A stretch of DNA of 64,000 nt from an uncultured beta proteobacterium (GCA_963735095.1 CAVTJT010000014.1:268-64267); one strand, 5' to 3'; counted from the first letter of the stretch, positions 19,208 to 29,492 are shown. Program-made: numbers and translations. Notes: generated by a model from the sequence alone, not told the origin.

Positions 19208-20407
19208 ATGAACCGCATCTCCACCGCGAACCAGTTCGAAACCGGCGTCAACACGCTGCAGCAGCGTCAGAGCGAGCTCAACAAGTCGCAGCAGCAGCTG
19301 ACCAGCGGCAAGCGCATCAACAAGCTGTCGGACGATCCGGCGGCGTCGGCGCGCGCCGAGCGTGCGCGCGCCGCCGAAGCGCGGGCCACCGTCGACCAAC
19401 GCGCCATCGATGCGAGCCGCGCCGCGGTGTCGCAGGTGGAGGCGGCGTTCGGCGATGCGACCGAGTTGCTGCAGCAGGCGCGTGAACTGATGGTCGCGGC
19501 CGGCAACACCAGCTACGGCCCCAACGAGCGCCGCGCCATCGCGCAGCAGATCAGCGGCATTCGCGCGCAGTTGCTCAAGGTGGCCAACCGCGGCGACGGA
19601 GCGGGCGGCTTTCTGCTGCGCGGCCAGGGTGCCGGCGGTCCGCCGTTCGTCGATGCGCCGGGCGGCGTGACGTACGCCGCAACCGGCGGCAGCGCACAGA
19701 CGGCATCGAGCGAGCCGCTGCCGCTGGCCGCCGACGGGCGCGCCGCATACCTGGCGGCGCGCAGCGGCAACGGCGTGTTCGAGACCGCCGCCAGCCACAT
19801 CGACCGGCAGCGGGTGGATCGATGCCGGCCGCGTCACCGACCCGAGCCAACTCACCGGCGATCCGTACAGCGTGCAGTTCAGCGTGTCGGGGTTCGACCA
19901 CCACCTACAGCGTGCTGCGCAACGGCGCGGCCACCGCGCTGACCAACGTGCCCTACGTCGTCGGGCCAGGCGATCCAGATCGACGGCATGGCGTTCAGCG
20001 TCAGCGGCACACCCGCAAACGGTGACAACTTCACGGTCACGCCATCGACCGAGGACCTGTCGATCTTCGTCACGCTCGATGCCGCCGTGTCCGTGCTGAA
20101 CAACACGAATGCGAACGTCGGACAGCTGAATCAGGCGGTTGCCAACGGCTTGCGTGACATCGACGCAGGGGCTGCGCAACTCGACAGCGCGCGCGCCGAT
20201 GCCGGCGCGTGGCTGCAGCGGCTCGACAACGTGGAAACGCGCGTCGCTGGACAGAAGTTGCTGGCTCAGGAAGAGCGATCGAATGCCGAAGACCTTGACA
20301 TGGTGCACGCCATTTCAGATTTCCAGCTGAAACAAACGGGCTACGATGCCGCGCTAAGGGCTTACTCGCAAATGCAGCGCCTGTCGCTGTTCAACTATCT
20401 TGGCTGA
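19208..20407 (+). pseudogene. flgL: Flagellar hook-associated protein 3 FlgL; three single-base frame shifts within about 170 nt that sum to zero
   Basis: N-terminus MNRISTANQFETGVNTLQQRQSELNKSQQQLTSGKRINKLSDDPAA. The segments GWIDAGRVTDPSQLTGDPYSVQFSVSG, TTTYSVLRNGAATALTNVPYVVG and QAIQIDGMAFSVSG... lie in successive frames. The C-terminus ...DMVHAISDFQLKQTGYDAALRAYSQMQRLSLFNYL is back in the starting frame. Confidence 0.85.
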
Positions 20408-20424
20408 CAACGTATCATAACCGC

Positions 20425-21615
20425 ATGAACGATCACCCGGTATTCGGCCAAGTGGCTCTGGGCTACTCGCCGATGGTCGATCGCCATCGGGCGATCACGG
20501 CCTCGCGGCTCACGGTGTTTCCGAGCCGCCCCGACACCACGCCCAACGTGGCCGATCTTCTGGCCGCGGTGGCCGAGGTGTGGCCTGCCGATGGTGGCCG
20601 CGTGTCGCTCAATGTCGTGAGCGAAACCGCCTTGCACGAGCTCGTGCAGTTTCAGCCCGCACCCAACGTGATGGTGGAGATCCCGGCCTTCATGGCCTGC
20701 GACCCCGCCAACAGTGCGGCGTTGCAGGCGATGCATGCGGCCGGCAGCACGCTCATCATCAAGGGCCGTCCGCTGTCGCCATTGCCGCGCGAAGTGCTGC
20801 CCTGCTTCGCTTACTCGATCATCGATCTGGCCGACGAGCGTCGCGACGGCGCGCCGCCACCCGGCGGATCGGTGCGCACGATCCCTCACATCCAGTCCGG
20901 CGTGCGCACGCTGGCCGACCTCGAGATGGCGTTCCAACGCGGCGCCATCGCGGTGCTCGGCTGGCCGATCGACGACGTGATGGCCAGCAGCGGCAAGGGC
21001 GGCTCGCGGCCCGAGCTGCAGTTCATCGTCGAGCTGATCAACCGTGTCGATCGCGAGGAGCCCGCCGACCGTCTGGAGCAGGTGCTGAAGACCGACCCCA
21101 CGCTGGCGTTCCGGTTGATGCGCTACATCAACTCGCCGGCCTTCGGCTTGAGCGTGGAGATCAATTCGTTCCGCCACGCCATCATGGTGCTCGGCTACAA
21201 CCGCCTGAAGCGCTGGCTCGCTTTGCTGCTCGCTTCAGCCAGCAAGGATCCCAACGTCAAGCCGGTCATGTATGCCGCCGTGCGTCGCGGCCTGCTGATG
21301 GAAGAGCTCGGCCGCGCCACCGCTGATGCCGACCAGCGCAGCGAGATGTTCATCTGCGGCGTGTTCTCGCTGCTCGATCGCCTGATGGGCCAACCGATGG
21401 GCGACCTGATGCGCTCGATCCCGGTGCCCGACGCGGTGCGTGCGGCGCTGGTCGAGGAGGCCGGTCCGTATCACAGCCAGCTCGAGCTGGTGCGCGCGGT
21501 CGAGGCCGAGTCGGTGTACGACATCCGTGCCGCGGCCGAAGCCACGATGCTCGGCTTGCCCGATGTCAACCGGGCGGTGTTGCGTGCGCTGGCCGGCGCC
21601 AAACAACTCGATTGA
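20425..21615 (+). CDS. Signal-transduction protein with N-terminal degenerate EAL-like region and C-terminal HDOD domain (COG3434-like)
   Basis: The HDOD-type region is LEQVLKTDPTLAFRLMRYINSPAFGLSVEINSFRHAIMVLGYNRLKRWLALLL. The N-terminal half has EAL-fold-like spacing, but I see no canonical EAL/EVL motif. Confidence 0.7.
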   Translation: MNDHPVFGQVALGYSPMVDRHRAITASRLTVFPSRPDTTPNVADLLAAVAEVWPADGGRVSLNVVSETALHELVQFQPAPNVMVEIPAFMACDPANSAALQAMHAAGSTLIIKGRPLSPLPREVLPCFAYSIIDLADERRDGAPPPGGSVRTIPHIQSGVRTLADLEMAFQRGAIAVLGWPIDDVMASSGKGGSRPELQFIVELINRVDREEPADRLEQVLKTDPTLAFRLMRYINSPAFGLSVEINSFRHAIMVLGYNRLKRWLALLLASASKDPNVKPVMYAAVRRGLLMEELGRATADADQRSEMFICGVFSLLDRLMGQPMGDLMRSIPVPDAVRAALVEEAGPYHSQLELVRAVEAESVYDIRAAAEATMLGLPDVNRAVLRALAGAKQLD

Positions 21616-21654
21616 GCAGACTCCAGTTCCGATACCTTCCGAGAGCCTCGTGCC

Positions 21655-22041
21655 ATGACCTTCAGTGCCACGGACCACGCCACCGATCCCCACACCGTGC
21701 TCGATGCCGGCGCGCTGGCGCGCCTGTCCGAATTGGACCCCACCGGCAACGGCACCCTGGTGCAGCGCGTGCTGAAGACCTATGCCGCCTCGCTGGAGCG
21801 CACGCGCCAAGAGCTGATGCTGGCGCGCTCGCCGATGCAGCCCGACACGCTGCGTCATCTGGCGCACACGCTGAAGTCGTCGTCGGCCAGCGTCGGTGCG
21901 CTGGCGCTGTCGGCGCTGTGCGCCCAGGTCGAGCAGCACCTGCGGACGGCGCAGCCCGGTGACATCGGCCCGCTGCTCGACGCGATGCTCGGCGAAATGC
22001 AGCGCGTGTCCGGCGCCGTGCAGGCTATGCTGCGCACCTGA
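21655..22041 (+). CDS. Stand-alone histidine phosphotransfer (Hpt) protein
   Basis: LRHLAHTLKSSSASVGALALSALCAQVE matches the Hpt HxLKxSxxxxGA phospho-accepting helix. Length is 128 aa. Confidence 0.75.
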   Translation: MTFSATDHATDPHTVLDAGALARLSELDPTGNGTLVQRVLKTYAASLERTRQELMLARSPMQPDTLRHLAHTLKSSSASVGALALSALCAQVEQHLRTAQPGDIGPLLDAMLGEMQRVSGAVQAMLRT

Positions 22042-22084
22042 GCGTATTCGGCTGCTTCCCCAGAAGCGCCGACCGTCTCGTCCC

Positions 22085-24328
22085 ATGCTGTCCATCGAAT
22101 CCGGCGTCCACGACCCGTTACACCGGCCCAAGCTGCTGCTGGTGGACGACGACGAAGTGAGCTTGATGCTCATCGCGGTGGCTTTGCGCGAGCGCGGCTT
22201 CGACGTGGTCGAAGCCAGCAGTGGAGACCGCGCGCTGCAACTGTTGACCGAACGGCCCACCGATGCGGTGGTGCTCGACGCGATGATGCCCGGCCGCGAC
22301 GGCTTCGAGACCTGCCGCTCGCTTCGTGCCACGCCGGGCCACGAGCACCTGCCGGTGCTGATGCTGACCGGGTTGGACGATAACGCGTCGATCACGCGGG
22401 CCTTCGAAGCGGGCGCCACCGACTTCTTCGTCAAGTCGCACCAGTGGAGCCTGCTGGCCGGGCGCCTGCACTACCTGCTGCGCGCATCGCAAACGCGGCA
22501 GGAACTGGAGCGCAGCAAGGCCAAGCTGGCGCGCGCGCAAGACCTGGCGCGCATGGGCAGCTTCGACTGGCGGCGGTCGGTCGACGACGGTGTGAGCACC
22601 TTCGTGCTGTCGCCCGAGGGCTTGCGCGTGTTCGGCGTCGCGCCGCACGGGTCGATGTCGATGCGCCAGGTGCTGCGCATGGTGCCCCTGGCCGAGCGGA
22701 ACGGCCTGATGCGCGTGCTGCGCGACGTGTTGAGCGCCAGTTCGGTGCTGGCGACCGACGTGCCGGTCACGGTGATCGACGGCCGTCCACGCATCCTGCA
22801 CGTCGAGGCCGAGCCGGAGTTCGACGATGCCGGTCACTGTGTCGGCTACACCGGCATCGTGCAGGACGTGACCGATCGCCGTGCCGCCGAAGACCGCATC
22901 CGCCACCTCGCGAATTTCGATGCGCTGTCGGGCCTGCCGAACCGCCGCCAGCTGATGTGGCGTGCCGAACGTGCACTGGAGGCCGCGCGCCGCAACGGCC
23001 ACCAGGTGGCCTTGCTGATGATCGACATCGATCGCTTCAAGGTGATCAACGACACCTTGGGTCACGCTGCGGGCGATGACCTGCTGGTCGAGGTGGCGCG
23101 GCGGCTGCGCGCCTGCGTGCGCCACAGCGACCAGGTGATGGAAGGCACGCTCGAATCGCAGGGCGCGCGGTCGCACCGCTCGCTCGAGGCGGTGGGTCGC
23201 CTCGGCGGCGACGAGTTCGTGGCCCTGCTGCCCGAGGTGGGCGCCGAGATCGACGCCGAACGGGTTGCGCAGCGCATGCTCGATGCCACGCGCGAGCCGA
23301 TCTTCGTCGGCGGCCAGGAGTGTTTCGTCACCGCCAGTGTCGGCATCGCGCTGTTCCCGCGCGACGGCGCCAGCGTGGCCGATCTGATGCGCAACTCCGA
23401 CGTGGCGATGTACTCGGTCAAGTCGGCGGGCCGCAATGCGCAGGCCTTGTACACGCCGCATCTGTCGGGCCGCGGCCGCGAGAAGCTCGAGCTCGAAAGC
23501 GCGCTGCACAAGGCGATCGAACGTGACGAGCTGGTGCTGCACTATCAGCCGAAGATCGACGTGCGTGCCGCACGCATGGTCGGCGTGGAAGCGCTGATGC
23601 GCTGGAACCGCAACGGCACGCTGGTGCCGCCGGGCGACTTCATTCCGCTGGCCGAAGAAACCGGCCTGATCGTGCCGCTGTCGGAGTGGGCGGTGCGCGA
23701 GGCGGCGCGCCAGGCCAAGGCCTGGCTGGTCAGCTTCGGCTTCTCGGACTCGGTGGCGGTCAACCTGCCCAACCGCTTGTTCGAGCGGTCGGACCTGGTC
23801 GAGCACATCCACCAGGCGGTGTCGTTGTACGGCGTGCCGCACCGCGCGATCCAGCTCGAGATCACCGAGACCGGGCTGATGCGCGACCTGCAGAACGTGA
23901 TCCCGTCGCTGCATCGCCTCAACGAGATCGGCGTCGAGATCTCGATCGACGATTTCGGCACCGGTTACTCGTCGCTGGCCTATCTGACGACGCTGCCGAT
24001 CTCCGAAGTGAAGATCGATCGCTCGTTCGTGCGCGACCTCGGCATCACGCCGCAGAGCTCGGCCGTGGTCACCGCGATCATCGCGCTGGCGCGCTCGCTG
24101 GGCTTGCGGGTGGTGGCCGAAGGCGTGGAGAACCTGCGCCAGATGGAAGTGCTGCACCGCCTGGGCTGCGGCGTGATGCAGGGCTTCCTGTTCAGCCGTC
24201 CGATTCCGCCTCACGACCTGGAGGCGTGGCTGAAGAACACCATCTTGCCGCGACGCGCGCCGTGGATCGGCCAGGCCGGTGCGCTCGACGCGGCGGAAGC
24301 CGCACGCGCGCAGACGCTTGGCGGCTGA
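22085..24328 (+). CDS. Response regulator with REC-PAS-GGDEF-EAL architecture
   Basis: REC is KLLLVDDDEVSLML...DAVVLDAMMPGRDGFE...LMLTG. The GGDEF motif is RLGGDEF. The EAL domain has EALMRW, QLEITE and DDFGTGYSSLAYL. Confidence 0.9.
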   Translation: MLSIESGVHDPLHRPKLLLVDDDEVSLMLIAVALRERGFDVVEASSGDRALQLLTERPTDAVVLDAMMPGRDGFETCRSLRATPGHEHLPVLMLTGLDDNASITRAFEAGATDFFVKSHQWSLLAGRLHYLLRASQTRQELERSKAKLARAQDLARMGSFDWRRSVDDGVSTFVLSPEGLRVFGVAPHGSMSMRQVLRMVPLAERNGLMRVLRDVLSASSVLATDVPVTVIDGRPRILHVEAEPEFDDAGHCVGYTGIVQDVTDRRAAEDRIRHLANFDALSGLPNRRQLMWRAERALEAARRNGHQVALLMIDIDRFKVINDTLGHAAGDDLLVEVARRLRACVRHSDQVMEGTLESQGARSHRSLEAVGRLGGDEFVALLPEVGAEIDAERVAQRMLDATREPIFVGGQECFVTASVGIALFPRDGASVADLMRNSDVAMYSVKSAGRNAQALYTPHLSGRGREKLELESALHKAIERDELVLHYQPKIDVRAARMVGVEALMRWNRNGTLVPPGDFIPLAEETGLIVPLSEWAVREAARQAKAWLVSFGFSDSVAVNLPNRLFERSDLVEHIHQAVSLYGVPHRAIQLEITETGLMRDLQNVIPSLHRLNEIGVEISIDDFGTGYSSLAYLTTLPISEVKIDRSFVRDLGITPQSSAVVTAIIALARSLGLRVVAEGVENLRQMEVLHRLGCGVMQGFLFSRPIPPHDLEAWLKNTILPRRAPWIGQAGALDAAEAARAQTLGG

Positions 24329-24346
24329 GGCCTCGCACCGTCGACC

Positions 24347-26023
24347 ATGAGTGCCACTGCACCGACGAGCGCGGCGACACCCGCACAGATCGCCAAAGGG
24401 GCTTTGCGGCGCCTGGCGATGCAGCAACTCGAGCCGACACCGGAGCATTTCGCGAAGGCGTATGCGCAGGAGGCCGGCACCGCGCAGGCCGCACCGCCCG
24501 CACCCAGCTCCGAGTCGGGCCGCGCCTGGGCGGCGTTGATCGAACGGCTGGCCCGGGGACTGGAGCGCGGCGGCAAGCACTGGACCGGCGCACGCAAGAA
24601 GCAGAGCCTGCAGCGTGTGCTCGACGGCAGCCGTGCCGATGCCGGCAAGCTGCAGCAGCGCCTCGGCCAGTTGATGGGCGCATGGGACGACGACAGCCCG
24701 GCCCACGAGGTCGAGCCGAGCGGCCTCGCGCCGCTCGACGAGGCGCCCGAAGTGGCGGTCGCGTCGGCGCCCGCTGAATCGATCGAACCGCTGACGCTGA
24801 ACACCGCAGCGCCCGCCACCGCAAACAACGAGGCGGCATGGACGCCGCTGCTGCACGAACTGCGCAGCACGCTGCAGGTGGCGTTGCCGCCGCAGCGCGC
24901 CGACGCGGCCGCATTGGCCGACGCGCTCGGCGATGCGGCGGCACGGCTGGCGCGCGAGGGCGCGCACGGCGAACTGGTGGCCGAGGTGTCGAGCCTGTGC
25001 GAACGCGCGCGCGCCCACCTGTCGCACCGCCATCAACTGCTCGACGAACTGACGCTGTTGTGCCGCTCGTTGACCGAAGGCCTGGGCGAGCTGGCCGAGG
25101 ACGAAAGCTGGGCGCGCGGCCAGTGCGATGCGTTGCGCGAGCGCCTGGGCGAGGGCCTGAGCGTGCGCGGCATCCACGCCGCGGCCGAGATGCTGGCCGC
25201 CACGCGCGCCAAGCAGAACGAGTTGCGCAACGATCGCGAGGCGGCGCGCAACGCACTCAAGGCGATGATCCAGCGCATGCTGGCCGAGATCGGCGAGCTG
25301 GGCCAGCACACTGGCCGCTTCACCGACAACGTGCAGCGCTACGCGCAGACCATCGAGCAGGCCGATTCGCTGCAGAGCCTCGCCGGCGTGGTGCAGGAGA
25401 TGGTGGCCGAGACGCGGGCAGTGCATGCCGTCGTCGACGGCACGCGCGAGCGCCTGAGCGAAGAGCACGCCCGCGCCAGCGAACTCGAGCGCCGCGTGCT
25501 GGAGCTCGAAGGCGAGCTGCGCCGCCTGTCCGACGAGGTCTCGACCGACGCGCTGACGCAGGTGGCCAACCGGCGTGGGCTGCTGCAGGCGTTCGAGGCC
25601 GAACGTGCGCGCGCGCAGCGCGAAGGCGCGGGTTTGTCGGTGGGCCTGATCGACATCGACAACTTCAAGAAGCTCAACGACTCGCTCGGCCATGCCGCCG
25701 GCGACGAGGCGTTGAAGGCGCTGGCGGCGCGCACCAAGCAAGGCCTGCGGCCGGTGGACCATGTGGCCCGCTTCGGCGGCGAGGAGTTCGTGGTGCTGCT
25801 GCCGGGCGCGTCGGTCGACGAAGGCCAGCAGTTGCTCACGCGCCTGCAGCGCTTGTTGAGCGCCAGCCTGTTCATGCACGAAGGCCGCGAGGTGTTCGTC
25901 ACCTTCTCGGCCGGCGTGACGGCGTTCCGCGAAGGCGAGGCGCTCGATGCCGCACTCGAGCGCGCCGACCGCGCGCTTTACGAAGCGAAACGCACGGGCA
26001 AGAACCGCACGTGCGTTTCTTGA
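24347..26023 (+). CDS. Diguanylate cyclase with long coiled-coil N-terminal region
   Basis: The C-terminal GGDEF domain has DALTQVANRRGL, IDIDNFKKLNDSLGHAAGDEAL and RFGGEEF, with an RPVD I-site-like motif 5 residues upstream. Confidence 0.85.
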   Translation: MSATAPTSAATPAQIAKGALRRLAMQQLEPTPEHFAKAYAQEAGTAQAAPPAPSSESGRAWAALIERLARGLERGGKHWTGARKKQSLQRVLDGSRADAGKLQQRLGQLMGAWDDDSPAHEVEPSGLAPLDEAPEVAVASAPAESIEPLTLNTAAPATANNEAAWTPLLHELRSTLQVALPPQRADAAALADALGDAAARLAREGAHGELVAEVSSLCERARAHLSHRHQLLDELTLLCRSLTEGLGELAEDESWARGQCDALRERLGEGLSVRGIHAAAEMLAATRAKQNELRNDREAARNALKAMIQRMLAEIGELGQHTGRFTDNVQRYAQTIEQADSLQSLAGVVQEMVAETRAVHAVVDGTRERLSEEHARASELERRVLELEGELRRLSDEVSTDALTQVANRRGLLQAFEAERARAQREGAGLSVGLIDIDNFKKLNDSLGHAAGDEALKALAARTKQGLRPVDHVARFGGEEFVVLLPGASVDEGQQLLTRLQRLLSASLFMHEGREVFVTFSAGVTAFREGEALDAALERADRALYEAKRTGKNRTCVS

Positions 26024-26137
26024 CCACCCCCGAAGCGGCCTAGCGGCCGCTCCCCCCTCGAAGGGGGCGACGCCAGCGGACCGGCGGAGGAGCCGGATCC
26101 GCGGCGTCCGCTTGGGGGCGCGCCACTGGAGTGGCGC
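26020..26137 (+). repeat. Palindromic intergenic element, copy E (long variant)
   Basis: TTGACCACCCCCGAAGCGGCCTAGCGGCCGCTCCCCCCTCGAAGGGGGCGACGCCAGCGGACCGGC...GCCGGATCCGCGGCGTCCGCTTGGGGGCGCGCCACTGG. Its TGA is the cyclase stop. Confidence 0.75.
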
Positions 26138-26211
26138 GAACGGGGCTGCGTACGGTGGTGGCATAGTCGCGCACCGGCGCCTAAGCGTCGCCCGCGAACT
26201 CGCACACGCCA

Positions 26212-27960
26212 ATGCGATTCCCCAACCTGCTTGCCACTCCACGCGGCCGCTTGGCGGCGTTCTTCTTTCTCTACATCACCGAAGGCATCCCGCTCGGCTT
26301 CGCGGCCACTGCGGTGGCCACCCAGTTGCGACGGCAGGACGTGGGTCCGGCCGAGATCGGCGCGTTCGTCGGCTCGTTCTATCTGCCGTGGGCCTTCAAG
26401 TGGGCGTTCGGGCCGTTCATCGACGTGTTCGCGTCCGAACGGCTGGGGCGCCGCCGCGGCTGGATCATCGTCACGCAGGTGCTGATGGCGCTGACGCTGA
26501 TGTCCACGGTGCTGCTCAAGCTGCCCGAGCAGCTGGCGCTGTTCACGATCATCCTGCTGGTGCACAACACCTTCGGCGCGATGCAGGACGTGGCGATCGA
26601 TGCCCTGGCGGTCAACTCGCTGGGCGAGCAGGAGCGTGGCCTGGCCAACGGCTTGATGTTCGCCGGCGCGGCGATCGGGCAGGCGATCGGCGGTGCGGGC
26701 GTGCTGTTCCTGTCGACCTACACGGGCTTTCAGCCGACGTTCTTCTTCGTCGCCGCCTGCATCCTGGCCGTGACGCTGTTCGTTGCGCTGCCGATGCGCG
26801 AGGCGCCTTCGGCCGCACGCGCGATCGCCGCCGGCGTGTCGCGCTGGTCGCACGCGGCCGGGCAGATGCGCGACTTCGCCGTCGAATCGTTCCGCTCATT
26901 CCTCGGCACGCGCGGCGCCTATCTCGGGTTGGCGTTCGCGCTGCTGCCATCGGGGGCGATGTGCCTCGGGCTGGCGCTGCAGTCGAACCTGGCGGTCGAA
27001 CTCGGCCTCGACGACGGCCAGGTCGCCAAGCTCAACTTCTACTCCGGCATCGTGCAGGCCACGTTCATGGTGATCGGCGGCTACCTGTCGGACCGCTTCG
27101 GCCGCCGCCGCATGCTGGCGCTGTACATCGCGCTGATGAGCGTGCCGGTGCTGTACCTGATGTCGGTGCTGGAGCAACACGGCTGGGTGATGCCGCAAAG
27201 CGCCAGCAACCGCACGGTCGCACCCGCATTGCTGATCACCGCGTTGTGGGTCGCCACGCTGACCTATGGCGTGGCGCTCGGGCTGATGTACGGCACGCGC
27301 TCGGCGATCTTCATGGACGTGACCAATCCACGCGTCGCGGCCACGCAGTTCACCGCCTACATGGCGCTGCTGAACCTGAACATCGCGTATTCGGCCACCT
27401 GGCAGGGCATCGCGATCGAGGCGATCGGCTATCCGAAGACGATGCTGATCGATGCGATCTTCGGTGTTGCGTGTTTGCTGCTGCTGCCGTGGATTCGCAC
27501 CGTGCGCGGCAACGAACCCGATGGCGGCGCGCCCTGGCGCGCACGGCTGAGCGCCGCGGTGCTCGGGTTGGCCTGCCTGGCGTGGGTGCCGTACCGCCTC
27601 GGGCCGGGTGCGCTCGGCGCGGCGGCGCCGATCTTCGAGACGGTGTTCACGGTGGTGTTCGTCGCATCGGCGCTGTTCCTGCTGGCCGGCTCGGCGGTGC
27701 TCAAGCAGGCGCCGCGCGCGCTGCTGCGCGGCGGTGCGTGGATGGCGCTGCTGCTGCTGCTGATGTATGCGCGGCGCTGGGCAGGGCAGTTGGGCGCGCC
27801 GCTTGCCGATGGCGCCGGCTTTGTGATCCTGGCCGTGCCGGTCATCGCGGGCCTGTTGCTGCTGGCGCTCGCCGCGCAGGCGTGGCGCGAGCTGAGCGCG
27901 GCCACGCCGTCAGCAGGGGGTGGCCCCGCGCTGCCTCAGACCAGCGCTTCGATCAAGTAA
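26212..27960 (+). CDS. MFS-type transporter (AmpG/PAT-like N-terminal motifs), 582 aa with extra C-terminal TM helices
   Basis: Many hydrophobic segments. The N-terminus is FFFLYITEGIPLGFAATAVATQLRRQ...FYLPWAFKWAFGPFIDV. Substrate is unknown. Confidence 0.7.
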   Translation: MRFPNLLATPRGRLAAFFFLYITEGIPLGFAATAVATQLRRQDVGPAEIGAFVGSFYLPWAFKWAFGPFIDVFASERLGRRRGWIIVTQVLMALTLMSTVLLKLPEQLALFTIILLVHNTFGAMQDVAIDALAVNSLGEQERGLANGLMFAGAAIGQAIGGAGVLFLSTYTGFQPTFFFVAACILAVTLFVALPMREAPSAARAIAAGVSRWSHAAGQMRDFAVESFRSFLGTRGAYLGLAFALLPSGAMCLGLALQSNLAVELGLDDGQVAKLNFYSGIVQATFMVIGGYLSDRFGRRRMLALYIALMSVPVLYLMSVLEQHGWVMPQSASNRTVAPALLITALWVATLTYGVALGLMYGTRSAIFMDVTNPRVAATQFTAYMALLNLNIAYSATWQGIAIEAIGYPKTMLIDAIFGVACLLLLPWIRTVRGNEPDGGAPWRARLSAAVLGLACLAWVPYRLGPGALGAAAPIFETVFTVVFVASALFLLAGSAVLKQAPRALLRGGAWMALLLLLMYARRWAGQLGAPLADGAGFVILAVPVIAGLLLLALAAQAWRELSAATPSAGGGPALPQTSASIK

Positions 27961-29492
27961 GGCCCTTTGCTCGCGAACGCGCGCTGCGCCTCGCGCACGA
28001 ACGCCTCGGGGGTCTGCACGCTCGCCGCCGGCACGCCGTGGCCCTTGGCGAGGGCCACCCAGTCGAGCGCGGGCTTGTCGAGCGTGAGCATGTGCGTGGC
28101 CTTCGGGCCGCTGATCGTCGCGCCCACGCCTTTGAGCTCACCCTGCAGGATGCGGTAAGCGCGGTTCGCAAACACGATCACCACCACCGGCAGCGATTCG
28201 CGCGCGATGCTCCACAGCGCCTGCACCGTGTACATCGCACTGCCATCGCCCTCCAGCGCGAGCACCGGCCGACCCGGCGCGCCGATGGCAGCGCCGAGCG
28301 CCGCCGGCAGGCCGAAGCCGATCGCTCCGCCCATCACGGTGAGCCAGTCGTGCGGCGCCGCGGCGGCGAACCGGTTGCCGAACGCACGCCCCGAGGTGAC
28401 TGCTTCGTCGACCACGATGGTTTGTTCGGGCAGCAATGCGACCAGCGCGTGGCCGATCAGGTCGGCGTCGAGCGTCGGTGCGCGGCGCAGCGCATCGAGC
28501 TCGACCGGTGTCGGTGCGCTCGGCGCCGCGACCTTCGCATCCAGCTCGTCGCTGAGGGTTTGCAGCGCGGCCTGCACGTCGTCGCGCGCATCGGCGAGCG
28601 TCAACAGTGCGCAGCCCGCGGGTTTGAGCTGGTTCGGCTTGCCCGGATAGGCGAAGAACCCGATCGGGTCGGTGGCGCCGGCCAGCACGAGGCAGTCGGC
28701 GCCCTTGAGCTTGTCGACGGCGGCGTCGATCGCGTACGGCAGGCGCTCGATGCGCGTGCGGCCGCGGCCGCCGGGTGTGCGCGGGCTGTAGAACTCGGCC
28801 AGCACGCGGCAGCCGGTCTTGCGCGCGATCGCGGCGGCGAGCGGCGCGGCGCGTTCGCCCACACCGGCAGCGCCCACCAGCAGCACCGCGCGCTCGCGCA
28901 GCGACGCCAGCGTCTTCGCGCATGCGCGCACCGCCTCGGCATCGGGCGCACGCAGCGGTGCGCGCTCGGCGCTGCGTGCGATCTCGCCGCCCGGCCCCCA
29001 TGCCGTGTCGGCCGGCAAGGCCAGCGTGGCGATGCGGCCGAGCGCGCCGTCGCGGGTGGCGGCGATCGCCTGCGCACCGTCGGCTGCGACCTCGAGCGAA
29101 CTCTTGCACGTGCGCACCCAGTGCGACACCGGCGCGGCGATGCCCTCGAGATCACTCTTCAGCGGCGACTCGAAGCGCACGTGTTCGGTGGCATGGTCGC
29201 CGACGATGTTGACGATGCCCGAGCACGCCTTGTTTGCGTTGTGCAGATTGGCCAGCCCGTTGCCGAGTCCGGGCCCGAGGTGCAGCAAGGTCGCCGCGGG
29301 CTTGCCGGCCATGCGGTAGTAGCCGTCCGCGGCGCCGGTGACCACGCCTTCGAACAAGCCGAGCACGCAGCGCGGCCCGTCGATGCGATCGAGTGCGGCG
29401 ACGAAGTGCATCTCCGACGTGCCGGGATTGGTGAAACACACTTCGACGCCATTGGCGGCGAGGGTGGCGACCAAGGATTCCGCGCCGTTCAT
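27936..29492 (-). CDS. Thiamine-diphosphate-dependent enzyme (acetolactate synthase large-subunit-like family)
   Basis: MNGAESLVATLAANGVEVCFTNPGTSEMHFVAALD...GLGNGLANLHNA...GGAIGFGLPAALGAAIG...EGDGSAMYT shows TPP-binding motifs. Specific function is unknown. Confidence 0.8.
   Translation of the reverse strand: MNGAESLVATLAANGVEVCFTNPGTSEMHFVAALDRIDGPRCVLGLFEGVVTGAADGYYRMAGKPAATLLHLGPGLGNGLANLHNANKACSGIVNIVGDHATEHVRFESPLKSDLEGIAAPVSHWVRTCKSSLEVAADGAQAIAATRDGALGRIATLALPADTAWGPGGEIARSAERAPLRAPDAEAVRACAKTLASLRERAVLLVGAAGVGERAAPLAAAIARKTGCRVLAEFYSPRTPGGRGRTRIERLPYAIDAAVDKLKGADCLVLAGATDPIGFFAYPGKPNQLKPAGCALLTLADARDDVQAALQTLSDELDAKVAAPSAPTPVELDALRRAPTLDADLIGHALVALLPEQTIVVDEAVTSGRAFGNRFAAAAPHDWLTVMGGAIGFGLPAALGAAIGAPGRPVLALEGDGSAMYTVQALWSIARESLPVVVIVFANRAYRILQGELKGVGATISGPKATHMLTLDKPALDWVALAKGHGVPAASVQTPEAFVREAQRAFASKGPYLIEALV

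Noticed and set aside
27936-27960. A 25-nt overlap of the convergent MFS transporter and TPP-enzyme 3' ends.
   Set aside because: Short convergent overlaps are common in compact GC-rich genomes. Nothing else is distinctive about the overlap.
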